Under the pieces are notes generated by a model. The model ran no database searches. It saw nothing but the letters and a program-made list of their open reading frames with translations, and had not been told where the DNA came from. From Macrostomum hystrix (taxonomy: Eukaryota > Animalia > Platyhelminthes), in the NCBI GenBank assembly GCA_950097015.1, contig CATNEN010000024.1, positions 1,736,001-1,800,000 on the forward strand: a DNA stretch of 64,000 nt, in the 5' to 3' direction. This document shows positions 12,360 through 26,300 of this stretch, in pieces; positions within the stretch are counted from its first letter, which is position 1; each line of letters opens with the position of its first letter. The position numbers and the translations under genes are program-made.

Positions 12360-13325
12360 GAAGGAGGGTGAGTGAGGGTCAAGGAGGGTGTGTGAAGGTC
12401 AAGGAGGGTGTGTGAAGGTCAAGGAGGGTGTGTGAAGGTCAAGGAGGGTGTGTGAGTGACAAGGAGGGTGTGTGAGGGTCAAGGAGGGTGTGTGAGGGTC
12501 AAGGAGGGTGTGTGAGGGTGTGTGAAGGTCAAGGAGGGTGTGTGAAGGTCAAGGAGGGTGTGTGTGGGTCAAGGAGGGTGTGGGAGTGACAAGGAGGGTG
12601 TGTGAGTGACAAGGAGGGTGTGTGAGGGTCAAGGAGGGTGTGTGAGTGACAAGGAGGGTGTGGGAGTGACAAGGAGGGTGTGGGAGTGACAAGGAGGGTG
12701 TGTGAGTGACAAGGAGGGTGTGTGAGTGACAAGGATGGTGTGGGAGTGACAAGGAGGGTGTGTGAGTGACAAGGAGGGTGTGTGAGTGACAAGGAGGGTG
12801 TGTGAGTGACAAGGAGGGTGTGTGAGTGACAAGGAGGGTGTGTGAGTGACAAGGAGGGTGTGAGTGTGAGTAGGAGGGTGTCAGTGTGAATAGGAGGGTG
12901 TGTGAGTGAGAAGGAGGGTATGAGTGTGAGTAGGAGGGTGTCAGTGTGAATAGGAGGGTGTGAGTGTGAGTTGGAGGGTGTCAGTGTGAATAGGAGGGTG
13001 TGAGTGTGAGTAGGAGGGTGTCAGTGTGAATAGGAGGGTGTGAGTGTGAGTAGGAGGGTGTCAGTGTGAGTAGGAGGGTGTGAGTGTGAGTAGGAGGGTG
13101 TGTGAGTGTGAGTAGGAGGGAGTCAGGTGTGAAGTAGGCAGGGGGTTAGTGTGAGTTGGAGGCTGTGAGTGGGAGTAGGAGGGTGTGTCAGTGTGAATAG
13201 GAGGGTGTGAGTGTGAGTAGGAGGGTGTCAGTGTGAGTAGGAGGGAGTCAGTGTGAATAGGAGGGTGTGAGTGTGAGTAGGAGGGTAGTCAGTGTGAATA
13301 GGAGGGTGTGAGTTTGAGTTGGAGG
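12360..13325. repeat. 20-bp G-rich minisatellite, two sub-arrays
   Basis: AAGGAGGGTGTGTGAGTGAC units grading into TAGGAGGGTGTGAGTGTGAG units. Confidence 0.95.
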
Positions 13326-14240
13326 GTCTAAGCGAAAGTGATTATGAGTGTAAGTTAGAGTCCTAGCCAAGGCCTCTAAATCACGTTCATTTTGTTGATA
13401 ATTATTTGGTTCATCTAAGAATCCTTAGATGAAGAAAAGTTGAAAAAATTCAACTTGAAGGGAGCAGAAAAACGGAAAGAGAATTGGAAAAGAAGAAGAA
13501 GAAGTGAAAGAATGGCACAGTAGCGTGACAGTTCGATAGTGCGAAAAAATCTATCTCTGGTTGATGTGTGACAGTCAGCCGTAATCCGTATGCTAGTCAA
13601 GCCCTTCCCTCCCCAGTCTAGTCTCTTCGAACTTCTGCCAGCACTGATCCGTCTGAGCGATTGGGCTGCGGGTTGGGGCGCCCCATGGGAACCAGTGCAA
13701 CAGAACAGCAGAAGCTAGGGAATTGTTCAGCCGATTATAACAAATCCTTACTGAATGAAACCGGAATTGCTATTTTCTAAGAGTATTTGAAGCCATGCTT
13801 TCAGTGCCAATACCAGCTGATGATTGCGCCCAATTGAAATCCCGGAATCCCAGGTTTTTATACTCTTCTCACACATTTGGAAATGGTCATAATGACGGCT
13901 ATCGGACGGCACAGAGTTTTGGTAGCAAGACTGCATGCTCAGCAGGCTGCAGAACCTTCAAAGTATCTGTTGAAATAAGCAGAGACACGAGACCATTTTA
14001 ATTCTGTCGGTAGCGAATAGCGGAAATCAAATGGAAGTAGATTGCAACTGGGCCTGTTTGCAATCCCACGGCACTAGCCAATCCGATTCGATCTGCACAC
14101 AGGAGCCGCGTTGATCTAGTCCGCGGCAAAATCTAAAAAAAAGCCTGACAAGCAGCAGCAGCTGAGGGAGCTTATGCGGTGTGACTGACTGACAAGGCCG
14201 GCACACGGACTCTGAGTCACTCAGGATTCGATAACTGGCC

Positions 14241-14300
14241 ATGGATCACACGGACAGTCCGTTGGACGGGACCCTGGAGGAGGCTAACAGCGGCTGCAAG

Positions 14301-14331
<31 letters not shown>

Positions 14332-17300
14332 GCAATGACACACAAACTAGACGCAGCTATCGCAGGCGGATGCTGTGCGCCAATCTGCAGAGCTTCGCGC
14401 ATCGAACCTCGGCTCACGGACTGGGCAGATTCTTTTCACAGCAGGTACCCTGGCTGAGGGCTCTGTGGGCATTGGTGGTGCTGGGAGCAATGACCGGACT
14501 AACACTGCACACCTACAAACAGATTAGCCTGTTTAGGGACTACCCAGTGTCCAGCACCACCCGCCTATTGACCAATCGGTTCACCTTTCCGGACGTGACC
14601 TTCTGCGATCCGTTGATGAAGAAATTCTTCACAATGGGCTCGAAAGATCTGCGCGAGGATGTCAATAGGAACAATTACTTTGTAGCCAATTACATGCTGG
14701 GCTATCTGGTGTCCGACGAGGCTAGGGACGACGAGACCAGTAGCCGGGTCAAGGCGATCAAACTGGCTTACGCCACCTTCGAGCACGCGGTGCATACCTG
14801 GCCGGTGTTCAATATGACAGCAGCCAGCGCCAGGATATTCGACATGCTGCTGTACTGCCAGTACAATCAGGAGCGCTGCACCGGCGATAATTTCACTGTG
14901 TTCTATCACAGAGACTATGGAAACTGCTTCTCATTCAAAGCTGCTAACCGATTCATCCGGTCCAGTGGCGTTGAGAAGGGTCTGGTACTGGTGCTGTACA
15001 GTCCCAGTGTTGATGTGAAACAAAGCATCGACTACTACAGCGACACTGTCACCACTGGGTTGGAGACTGGCGGCCTGCGGGTGGCTGTGCATCAACAGGT
15101 GAGATCCTGGCGCTCAGCTGTTACACTGTGTTCACCTGTTAGACAGCTTTTACATGTTAGTCAATATTCACCTGTCAGACAGTGCTCACCTGTTAGACAG
15201 TGCTCACCTATTAGATAATGCTCACCTGTTAGACAGTGCTCACCTGTTAGACAGTGCTCACCTATTAGATAATGCTCACCTGTCAGACAGTGCTCACCTG
15301 TTAGACAGTGCTCACCTATTAGATAATGCTCACCTGTTAGACAGTGCTCACCTGTTAGACAGTGCTCACCTGTTAGACAGTGCTCACCTGTTAGACAGTG
15401 CTCACCTGTTAGACAGTGCTCACCTGTTAGACAGTGCTCACCTGTTAGACAGTGCTCACCTGTTAGACAGTGCTCACCTGTTAGACAGTGCTCACCTGTT
15501 AGACAGTGCTCACCTGTTAGACAGTGCTCACCTGTTAGACAGTGCTCACCTATTAGATAATGCTCACCTGTTAGACAGTGCTCACTTGTTAGACAGTGCT
15601 CACCTGTTAGACAGTGCTCACCTGTTAGACAGTGCTCACCTGTTAGACAGTGCTCACCTATTAGATAATGCTCACCTGTTAGACAGTGCTCACCTGTTAG
15701 ACAGTGCTCACCTGTTAGACAGTGCTCACCTGTTAGACAGTGCTCACCTGTTAGACAGTGCTTATTGCGCCAGTTTAGTTAAGCCATAGCAACCGAACAT
15801 CGGTGAACTGCAATAATTGCACTTGCGATAAGCCAGAATGTACTATTGTGAAGTCAAAAAGTGGGCCTGGACCCTGGCAAGCGGTTCGGGCTGGCCCATG
15901 ACTGCTATCCTGTCACTTTATCCAACTGGCCCGATTCATTGCCCAATGTTCCACGCACAATGCGATAGCGGTCATTCATCTGTCTTTATACCCGCATCAG
16001 CACTTGAGGGCCGGGAGTTATTTTATCTACTAGTTGCGGCTTATTTTCTCCCCAGAAACATTTATCAAAGACTGCGTAAATTGAAACCAGTCTGACGCAC
16101 AGGTGAAAGTTGCTCCACAGACTATAATTAATCTTTCTTATCCCGGCCATAGGGAGAGAGAAACACAAAGCTACTCGTATTGGGTGTACACAAAGCTACT
16201 CGTATTGGGTGTACACAAAGCTACTCGTATTGGGTGTACACAAAGCTACTCGTATTGGGTGTACACAAAGCTACTCGTATTGGGTGTACACTAAGCTACT
16301 CGTATTGGGTGTACACAAAGCTACTCGTATTGGGTGTACACAAAGCTACTCGTATTGGGTGTACACAAAGCTACTCGTATTGGGTGTACACTAAGCTACT
16401 CGTATTGGGTGTACACAAAGCTACTCGTATTGGGTGTACACAAAGCTACTCGTATTGGGTGTACACAAAGCTACTCGTATTGGGTGTACACTAAGCTACT
16501 CGTATTGGGTGTACACAAAGCTACTCGTATTGGGTGTACACAAAGCTACTCGTATTGGGTGTACACAAAGCTACTCGTGCTTGCGCATTTCGTCAGTCCA
16601 AATTATTTTTCTGCTTTTACGTAAAATAATTTTTTTAATCTTATCGATGTTAGCATTTGATTATAACAAAATTGCGTGAAACCACATTTTTTGTAGATTT
16701 GTAGCAATCGATATCAAACCCGAATTCAAATACTCCACAACGAATATCATTAACTCGAAAGTTAAGCAAAAATACTAGCAATTTTTGCACGTTTTCTTTG
16801 CTATGAAACTAGTTGCCTAGCTCCTAGCAAAGCCATTCGCCTGCTCTACAACTGCTCAATGAGACGTGCCGTTTTCCAGAAAATAAAACTCACTCCGAGC
16901 TTGGCGTCGGTAAGTCTGCTCAAAATCCAAAATTCGGGGACGTAATTGCAGCCGTTCCAACAAGCTTGTCATTTTGCACCAAAATTGCTTTCAAATGATA
17001 TCACTTTCCATTTGAACAGCAGTTAACTTTCGGTTACAATTAAGCCATTTACAATTATTAAGCAAGCCACCGCCCGATTTATACGCCGCATTGGGGCCGC
17101 CCATGCTTGCATGGCAACAGCGACCAGCTTGGCTAGCTGTAAAAATAGACTAGCAATCCGTTCTATTTACAAAAATTTGAGATAGACTAGCAATCCGTTC
17201 TATTCCCACAAATTTGAGATAGACTAGCAATCCAGTCCATTCCATCAGCATTGAGCAGTTTAGCAATCCAGTCCATTCCATCAGCATTGAGCAGTTTAGC

Positions 17301-20300
17301 AATCCAGTCCATTCCATCAGCATTGAGCAGTTTAGCAATCCAGTCCATTCCATCAGCATTGAGCAGTTTAGCAATCCAGTCCATTCCATCAGCATTGAGC
17401 AGTTTCGCGGCCGCGTCACAGTCTGATTATTTTTCTCAAGTGTCGCTAATCGCCAAGCAAGTTTGAGTTTCCCACAGTGCTCAGAAATGCCAGGGCAGGA
17501 TTGTAGAGCAGTGCGCACGAGTGTCTGGTCAGTCGCACTAAAATAGAAAATGGCCACCAAGGGGGGGGGGCGGGAGACACGGGGTGCTGAAGTGAAGATT
17601 GTTTTTCCAGCAGCTGGGCATTGCTGCAACCGAGGCGATCGGCCAAGGGAACTGTTGAGCTTTGCGCGCAGAAAAAAATCAATCCCTTTAAAAGTGTCTT
17701 CCCCGAAGCAATCTACTAGCGCCTGGAGTGCACTGCTACTTCATTTATTATTGCTCGGCACGGACGGTGCTGGCAACTGGGAGAACTGCGATGCAGCTTG
17801 CTGCTCTGCCTGTTTATCACTTTTTAACAAGATTTCCTGTCACAGTGTTTAAGCGGTCCTGGTTGCGATAGTATATTCTAGGATAAGTGTGAGGCATCGA
17901 TAGTTGCAGATTTGGGATTCTGGTCATCGATAGTGGGAGATTTGGGATTCTGGTCATTGATAGTGGGAGATTTGGGATTCTGGTCACTGATAGTGGGAGA
18001 TTTGGGATTCTGGTCACTGATAGTGGGAGATTTGGGATTCTGGTCATGGATAGTGGGAGATTTTACATTCTGGTCATTGATAGTGGGAGATTCTGGTCAT
18101 TGATATTGGGAGATTCTGGTCATTGATAGTGGGAGATTCTGGTCATTGATAGTGGGAGATTCTGGTCACTGATAGTGGGAGATTCTGGTCATTGATAGTG
18201 GGAGATTCTGGTCATTGATAGTGGGAGATTCTGGTCATTGATAGTGGGAGATTCTGGTCATTGATAGTGGGAGATTCTGGTCATTGATATTGGGAGATTC
18301 TGGTCATTGATAGTGGGAGATTCTGGTCATTGATAGTGGGAGATTCTGGTCACTGATAGTGGGAGATTCTGGTCATTGATAGTGGGAGATTCTGGTCATT
18401 GATAGTGGGAGATTCTGGTCATTGATAGTGGGAGATTCTGGTCATTGATAGTGGGAGATTCTGGTCATTGATAGTGGGAGATTCTGGTCATTGATAGTGG
18501 GAGATTCTGGTCATTGATAGTGGGAGATTCTGGTCATTGATAGTGGGAGATTCTGGTCACTGATAGTGGGAGATTCTGGTCATTGATAGTGGGAGATTCT
18601 GGTCACTGATAGTGGGAGATTCTGGTCATTGATAGTGGGAGATTCTGGTCATTGATAGTGGGAGGTTTTACATTCTGGTCATTGAAAGTTGGAGTGGGAA
18701 TCATTGATAGTGATTCTGGTCACTGATAGTGGGAGATTCTGGTCATTGATAGTGGGAGATTCTGGTCATTGATAGTGGGAGGTTTACATTCTGGTCATTG
18801 AAAGTTGGAGTGGGAATCATTGATAGTGATTCTGGTCACTGATAGTGGGAGATTCTGGTCATTGATAGTGGGAGGTTTTACATTCTGGTCATTGAAAGTT
18901 GGAGTGGGAATCATTGATAGTGATTCTGGTCATAGACATCCAAAGCACGAAATTGCGATGCTCGCTCTTGAAATTCGTAAAAAAACTCCAAGTTTTGATT
19001 ATACTCAGAAAGGCATTTTTTCCCAGAATCCTTAGGATTCTAGATTGCAAGCCTATATATGAATGAGCCAATTCATCAATGCCCTTGTTACATGCACACG
19101 CACAAGCTATTATACTCGCATATATACCAGCTATTCTCGCTAAGACTGCAGTCAAAGTGCGGCAGATTGTTATTCGCGTTTGATAGTCCCAGCAAATCAA
19201 CTAGTGCAGCTGCACTAACTGCTGTGTCAACAGTGACTCGGCGACCTGCCATCTCTGCCGAGGACTGCATTGCCTTCACAGCTGTTGGAAACTTGCCGAT
19301 ATACCATAGTAGATATTACATCAACTCATAAAACTATTTCTTGAGCCTTTGTGGCAGACTGGCCATCGGGAATTAGCGAGCGATAAAAGCCGACCGCTGG
19401 AATTCAGCTGCCAATTCAGCTGATCACGGCTTCATTGCTGCTCATTTAACGATGGGATAGACTAGCAATCCATTCTATTCCTTCATCCATGGGATAGATT
19501 AGCAATCCATTCTATTCCTTTATCCATGGGATAGATTAGCAATCCATTCTATTCCTTCATCCATGGGATAGATTAGCAATCCATTCTATTCCTTCATCCA
19601 TGGGATAGACTAGCAATCCATTCTATTCCTTCATCCATGGGATAGATTAGCAATCCATTCTATTCCTTCATCCATGGGATAGATTAGCAATCCATTCTAT
19701 TCCTTCATCCATGGGATAGATTAGCAATCCATTCTATTCCTTCATCCATGGGATAGATTAGCAATCCATTCTATTCCTTCATCCATGGGATAGATAAGCA
19801 ATCCATTCTATTCCTTCATCCATGGGATAGATTAGCAATCCATTCTATTCCTTCATCCATGGGATAGATTAGCAATCCATTCTATTCCTTCATCCATGGC
19901 ATAGATTAGCAATCCATTCTATTCCTTCATCCATGGCATAGATTAGCAATCCATTCTATTCCTTCATCCATGGCATAGATTAGCAATCCGTTCTATTCCC
20001 TCCCTAATGGAATAAATATGCAGTACATGCAAAGCTCAGCCAGCAGAACAAAGGGACATTGCAGGAATGTGCGAAAGTACTCTTTCAGAAGCAGCTTCTG
20101 GCCTTGCCCTTCTGGCATTCAGCGGGCGTCACTGCTCAGTTCGCTGAGCAGAGGCAGTCGGCCTCGGCAGTGGGCAAAATCTGCATTGACTCAGATTGGT
20201 GGTCCAGCCGGCTGATTTACAGCCAGCCATCCTACCCAGTTGCGCCAAACTGTTGCCGCGGACTCCAAGGAGCTGTCCGCCATGGTGTCGCCCTGGCCGA

Positions 20301-23300
20301 CCTCCCTACGGGACTCGGTTGGGCATTAATCATGCGGCAGCGGCGGCTTAAGCGCTGGCCTGCCACCCCCACCCCCAGCCTAATCGGGACTCCACAGGCC
20401 GCGGACCTGGCTCTGAGCACTACTCAATTCCCACAGGAGCCGCTTGCCGTTGCCTTTACGAATCCCAAAATTCTTCTTCTCAATTCTCAGATCCTATACT
20501 GTCTTTCTTGAGTTGTGTGTTTTTCCATTCGGTTTTCTTCTATTTATAATTGTTCTGTGTCTAAGAGAGCTCAAATTTTGAGTCGCGAGAGGAGGGGATA
20601 TGTTTTCGGGGATTTCCCCCCCTAAGCCAGCCTGTGTTTGCTCCCGTTTCGAGTCGAGTAGCGCCGGACTTGTCGCTTCCTGTCGGGAGCCGGTCGTGCG
20701 GGCCCCAGCAACCTGGCGAAGGAACCCCTCCCCAACCCACAAGTCCCAGTCTTGGCCTTGTTTGGCACAGCAGTCTCCCAACCTCTGTGCCACTCTCATT
20801 ACTTCTGCTCCTATTTCACCTCTTTTCAACAGCAGCAACAGCAATAGCAGCTGCTGCTGCTGCTGCGGCGGCGGCAGCAAGTGGAGTTTGATGGTATTTA
20901 ATGCCAGTAAACACATCATCGAAATGTCAAAAAAGACAAAAGGTTTTCCACCGATCGAAATTGAAAAGCCGTGCCGGTTGAAACCTGAGAGTCGGGAATT
21001 TCAAGAATCTGAGGAATAAACTGTTCGTGCCAAGCTAGTCTGAACATCACCGAAAAGCCGGTCATTTTGTGTTCGGGCACTGATAAAATCAGGCACTTAC
21101 AAGCTGAACCTGATCAAATCAGGTTTGATTTGCATTGGCACCCATTGGCTTATTGGGTGAAACAATAGTGAATGCCGGATGTGTTCAACGGTCGCGCTGC
21201 TGACCCCACCTGTGCTTGCTAGAAAATGCCCCGCCCAGAAACCAAGGCAACTTTTAATTGACAGCTGTCTGTGGACAGAATATGTTGGGTGGAGAGGAAG
21301 CCGCATAGCACAATAAAATTAGTTGAAGCGAATGGAAAAGCAGAATGAGAGTCGCTTCAGACCTCGGCTAAAGAGATTGGGCGGAAGGGCAAAAGAATAC
21401 ATTCTTTTCCTTATGTGCTTCAATGAACAGTGACAATTAGCAATCCAATATCTTCCTTCAGCTATGGCATAGATTAGCAATTCATTCTATTCCTCCAAAC
21501 ATGGGATAGATTAGCAATTCATTCTATTCCTCCAAACATGGGATAGATTAGCAATCCATTATATTCTTCTAAAAATGGGATAGATTAGCAATCCATTCTA
21601 TTCCTCCAAACATGGGATAGATTAGCAATTCATTCTATTCCTCCAAACATGGGATAGATTAGCAATCCATTATATTCTTCTAAAAATGGGATAGATTAGC
21701 AATCCATTCTATTCCTCCAAACATGGGATAGATTAGCAATCCATTCTATTCCTCCAAACATGGGATAGATTAGCTATCCATTCTATTCCTCCAAACATGG
21801 GATAGATTAGCTATCCATTATATTCCTCCAAACATGGGATAGATTAGCAATCCATTATATTCCTCCAAACATGGGATAGATTAGCAATCCATTATATTCC
21901 TCCAAACATGGGATAGATTAGCAATCCATTATATTCCTCCAAACATGGGATAGATTAGCAATCCATTCTATTCGTTTATCTATGGGATAGATTAGCAATC
22001 CATTATATTCCTTCATCCAGGGGATAGATTAGCAATCCATTATATTCCTTCATCCAGGGGATAGATTAGCAATCCATTATATTCCTTCATCCATGGGATA
22101 GATTAGCAATCCACTACTTACTCCAGAGCCAACGTCGCCCTCCGATTGCAGGACACGATCCCCTACCCCAGCGAGTACGGCATCAACTCGCCCAGCGGCA
22201 TGCAGACGGTGCTGGCGCTCAGCCAAGTGCAGACCAGCTTGGCCAACACGCCCACCAAGCGCTGCCAGCCGAAGGGCCGATTCTACGCCTACGACCACCT
22301 GCTGGGGTAAGTCAGCTGCTGCTGCTGCTGCTGCTGCCGCCATCTGTTTCCTAAAGCCACTTTCTCGGCGTAGGGTTAGTAGCCTAGTGGCTGCTCGAGC
22401 GCCGGACTCGTGACTTGAAGGTCGGGTGTTCGATTCCCGACTTCATTGGAACAGTCACCCAGCTGTTAACTGGGTACCACCGGCATTTGCTGGGTTAATT
22501 GAGGTTGGTTGCGGTTCCCCCCAGTCCATTGACTGAACAGCCGTTCGCAGCCATCAGATGCGCCCCGCAATAGCTGCGGCTGTGCTGTCGCCTGCATATC
22601 TGAGTGGATCGGAGCAGGCGTAACTTATTATTGCTATTATATTTTCTGCACAGTTTTGAACTAGTCCATAGAAATCTTTCGAAGTATGTTTCCCGACCTC
22701 TTGAAGTCCCTGGGAAGACGGAAGAATAGACAGCAAAGAGAGAGAGAGAGAGAGAGAGAGGGTAAGAGAGAGGAGCGGCAGCAGAGGTGAGAATGCAGTG
22801 AGAGTGGAGGCAGTCCTTCCAGGCCACTCCAGTGTGCCCACAATACGCTAGTCCTCGGAGTGTGGAAAAACACTTTCAACCCTCGAGTGCCGGTGCCAAC
22901 CAACGGTCTCCAAAAAATAGTGTGCAGCACTGAACGCGTCTGCAAAGTGAGAACTTGAGAGCGTGTGCGCCAGTGAGTGAGTTGCAAACACTGCCAGCGG
23001 ATGAGCACCTCAGCATGCGGTACTCGGCACCGACCCCGAACTCTGCCAGTAAACTCTTGAGCAAGTTGAGCACAAGGGGACTTGTGCGGCCTGTGCGGTC
23101 AAATCTATTCAAATAATTAGAGCTAAGCTACGACCATGGAGCTTTGCATTGACTACCTAATAAGCTCTAATACGAGGGGATAGCTTTTATCTTTTGGATG
23201 TTAGAACAGTGTGCTAGTTTATACCATTTCTTGAAGCCAGGAAAAGTACACCAAAGGTCGGCTTATAAATGCTTGATGGCATAAAGTGTGGCACAAAGAC

Positions 23301-26300
23301 AGTTTAGTGTTGGACTTCCTGGTTGGGTTTCTTTAAGCTTGGTTAGCATAGGGGTCAAATATCTCATTTACATTTCTTCTAATCTTTTGCTCTCCGATGT
23401 GGAAGTGTATTCGCTAATCAGCCTCAAATCTGCGCTGCGACCCGATGCACTGATGTGTACTTTTACTTGGTCCTTCCTCTTGGAGTCAAAGCGATAAGAT
23501 AGCCTGGGAACCTGCTGGCATTTCAATTCAGCGCAATCAACTATCGCCCAACGAAATTCCTTACAAAAACAGCCCCCTGCTGTGACATCATTCTGGAATG
23601 CCTGAGCGTCTCTTCTGCACTGATCTTGTGACACCACACTGGAATGACGTCTGAGCATCTCTTCTGCACTGATCTTGTGACACCACACTGGAATGACTGA
23701 GCGTCTCTTCTGCACTGATCTTGTGACACCACACTGGAATGACGTCTGAGCATCTCTTCTGCACTGATCTTGTGACACCACACTGGAATGACTGAGCGTC
23801 TCTTCTGCACTGATCTTGTGACACCACACTGGAATGACGTCTGAGCATCTCTTCTGCACTGATCTTGTGACACCACACTGGAATGACGTCTGAGCGTCTC
23901 TTCTGCACTGATCTTGTGACACCACACTGGAATGCCTGAGCGTCTCTTCTGCACTGATCTTGTGACACCACACTGGAATGACTGAGCGTCTCTTCTGCAC
24001 TGATCTTGTGACACCACACTGGAATGACTGAGCGTCTCTTCTGCACTGATCTTGTGACACCACACTGGAATGACTGAGCATCTCTTCTGCACTGATCTTG
24101 TGACACCACACTGGAATGACTGAGCATCTCTTCTGCACCGATCTTGACTTCTTGACAGCACATTCCTTTCTTCTCGATCAAGGACCTTTCTGTCCCTGGC
24201 TGGAGTCCCGCAAAGTCCGTTAAAGTGGCTGTATCAAATTTAGATTCTGCGCAGTGATAATCAAATAGTTCTGCAGCCCCATACAGCGGGTACTATAGCC
24301 TTGACCCGTCGATCAAGTATCAGGTCGGGTTCAATGGCATGGCAGTCTACTGCTAGGGATCAACTAGCGGGGTTGAAATGTCGAGCTCGCGCTAGATAAC
24401 TCCTTCCCAAAAGCGCTTCCTTTTATAGTCTCTACTCTTATCTACGTACTCCAAAGTGCATTCTATATCTTAGTTGTTTAGAATGCCTAAAGCTACGAGT
24501 TATAATAAAAATCCATTGAAATTCAGCAGAGGTTCTGAATTGTTCAGGTTAAGCGTGTCTATGGCAGTCAGTAAATGGGCCCTTGTTTATCTTTCGTGTC
24601 TCCATGTCCACTGAACGCACAAGTACGAGTATAAAAAAAAGCTTTATCCAAAACTCGGTCCTACGCTCATTTTGAATACAGGATATTAATTGGTATTCGG
24701 CAGACTAGCAATCCGTTATGTTTCTTATTCTCTGTGTTAGAATGCCTACTTCAGAGTTCTGACTTCAGTTCAATTCACCCAGCTGTCCCAGTCCACAGAC
24801 TGAACATCTGAACACAGCCCTAGTCTCTATTCTCTATCGATGCATTCTCTATTCTAGACTAGCAATCTACGCCTTGTTCCTTCATGCACGTGGTAGATTT
24901 TTAATTAATACCAGTCTCTGATCCGTGACCCGCCTCATTCGTGCGCAATCAATCTGAGATGGCAGTTTCATTATGAATAGCTGATGAGCTCAGCTTCAAC
25001 CAGCTCATGAATTAGTGAAGGCAGATTCCAATCAACTCCCCTTCAGCGGCGTTAAGAGCTACGAAAGCCAGCTGGCCGACTGCACAACCTTCGAGCACCT
25101 GAAGCTGATCAGGGACAAGTGCCAGTGCACCGTGGAGGGCCTGGTCGAGTCGGAACAGGACGGCCAGCCGCAGCTCGAGTACTGCCACGACCTTCTCGGA
25201 GCACAGAATCAGCAGAGCCTGCTCAGCCTGCTCAAACGCATCCGCGAGTTCTTCCAGACCGACCCGGCCATCGGCAACTTCAGCATGCTGGAGAAGAACT
25301 CTGGACGGATGCTGGTGAAAGTCTTTGACATGCTGCAGCTGCCCGCTCGCTTCGATGCAGCCCAACTGCTGGCCGACAAATTCCCGGAAATTCAGCGGCG
25401 CCTGGACCGCCTGAAGTGCGCCATGCCCTACCTAAAGTCCGGCCGGAAGCCGTCCAGCTGTCTGAACATCTGCAACTACACCACCTACGACTTCTCAGTG
25501 TTTCAGAGTCGCTGGCCGGATCACAACTTCCAGATCCGGGGCGCCAGGATTCGCCTGGCCAGAATCGCCGGCATGCTGAAGTCCCGCGTTGACGAAATCA
25601 ACAGGCTCATGCAGCAGCGGGTGGTCGAGGACTATCTGGGCACTCAGCACGCGCTAAACTTCTCCATCACGCACCACAAGGTCAACCTGAGCCGCTGCTT
25701 GGACGCCGAGTTAAACAGACAATCTGATCGGTTCGATGATGACGAGCACTGCGTCCAGGTGCACAACATCATCAAACAGAGCTTCCTGCAGCTGCGGGTC
25801 TACCCCAAGACGCTCACCGTGCGGCAGCTGTTTGAAGAGAGAAGCTATGAGCTGGTGAACCTGTTCTCTGACCTGGGCGGCATCATGGGTAAGCACCGTC
25901 TTCCTTCCTTCCTTCCTTCCTTCCTTCCTTCCTTTCTTCCTTCCTTCCTTCCTTCCTTCCTTCCTTCCTTCCTTCCTTCCTTCCTTCCTTTCTTCCTTCC
26001 TTCCTTCCTTTCTTTCTTCCTTCCTTCCTTCCTTTCTTCCTTCCTTCCTTCCTTCCTTCCTTCCTTCCTTCCTTCCTTCCTTCCTTCCTTCCTTCCTTCC
26101 TTCCTTCCTTCCTTCCTTCCTTCCTTTCTTTCTTCCTTCCTTCCTTTCTTCCTTCCTTCCTTCCTTCCTTCCTTCCTTCCTTTCTTCCTTCCTTTCTTTC
26201 TTCCTTCCTTCCTTCCTTCCTACCTTCCTTCCTTCCATCCTTATTCCTTCCATCCTTCCTTCCTTCCTTCCTTCCTTCCTTCCATCCTTCCTTCCTTCCT

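Noticed and set aside
15154-15789. 211-aa DSAHLL-repeat ORF
   Set aside because: Intronic 18-bp array read through by chance.
20000-21020. GC-rich island with (CTG)n and 140-150-aa ORFs in ENaC intron 1
   Set aside because: No homology or terminal structures recognised.
23368-24181. Three ~200-250-aa minus-strand ORFs
   Set aside because: All derive from the 46/49-bp array in ENaC intron 2.
24190-24420. Possible LINE RT remnant (KAIVP..YGAAELF)
   Set aside because: Similarity is too short and needs frameshifts.
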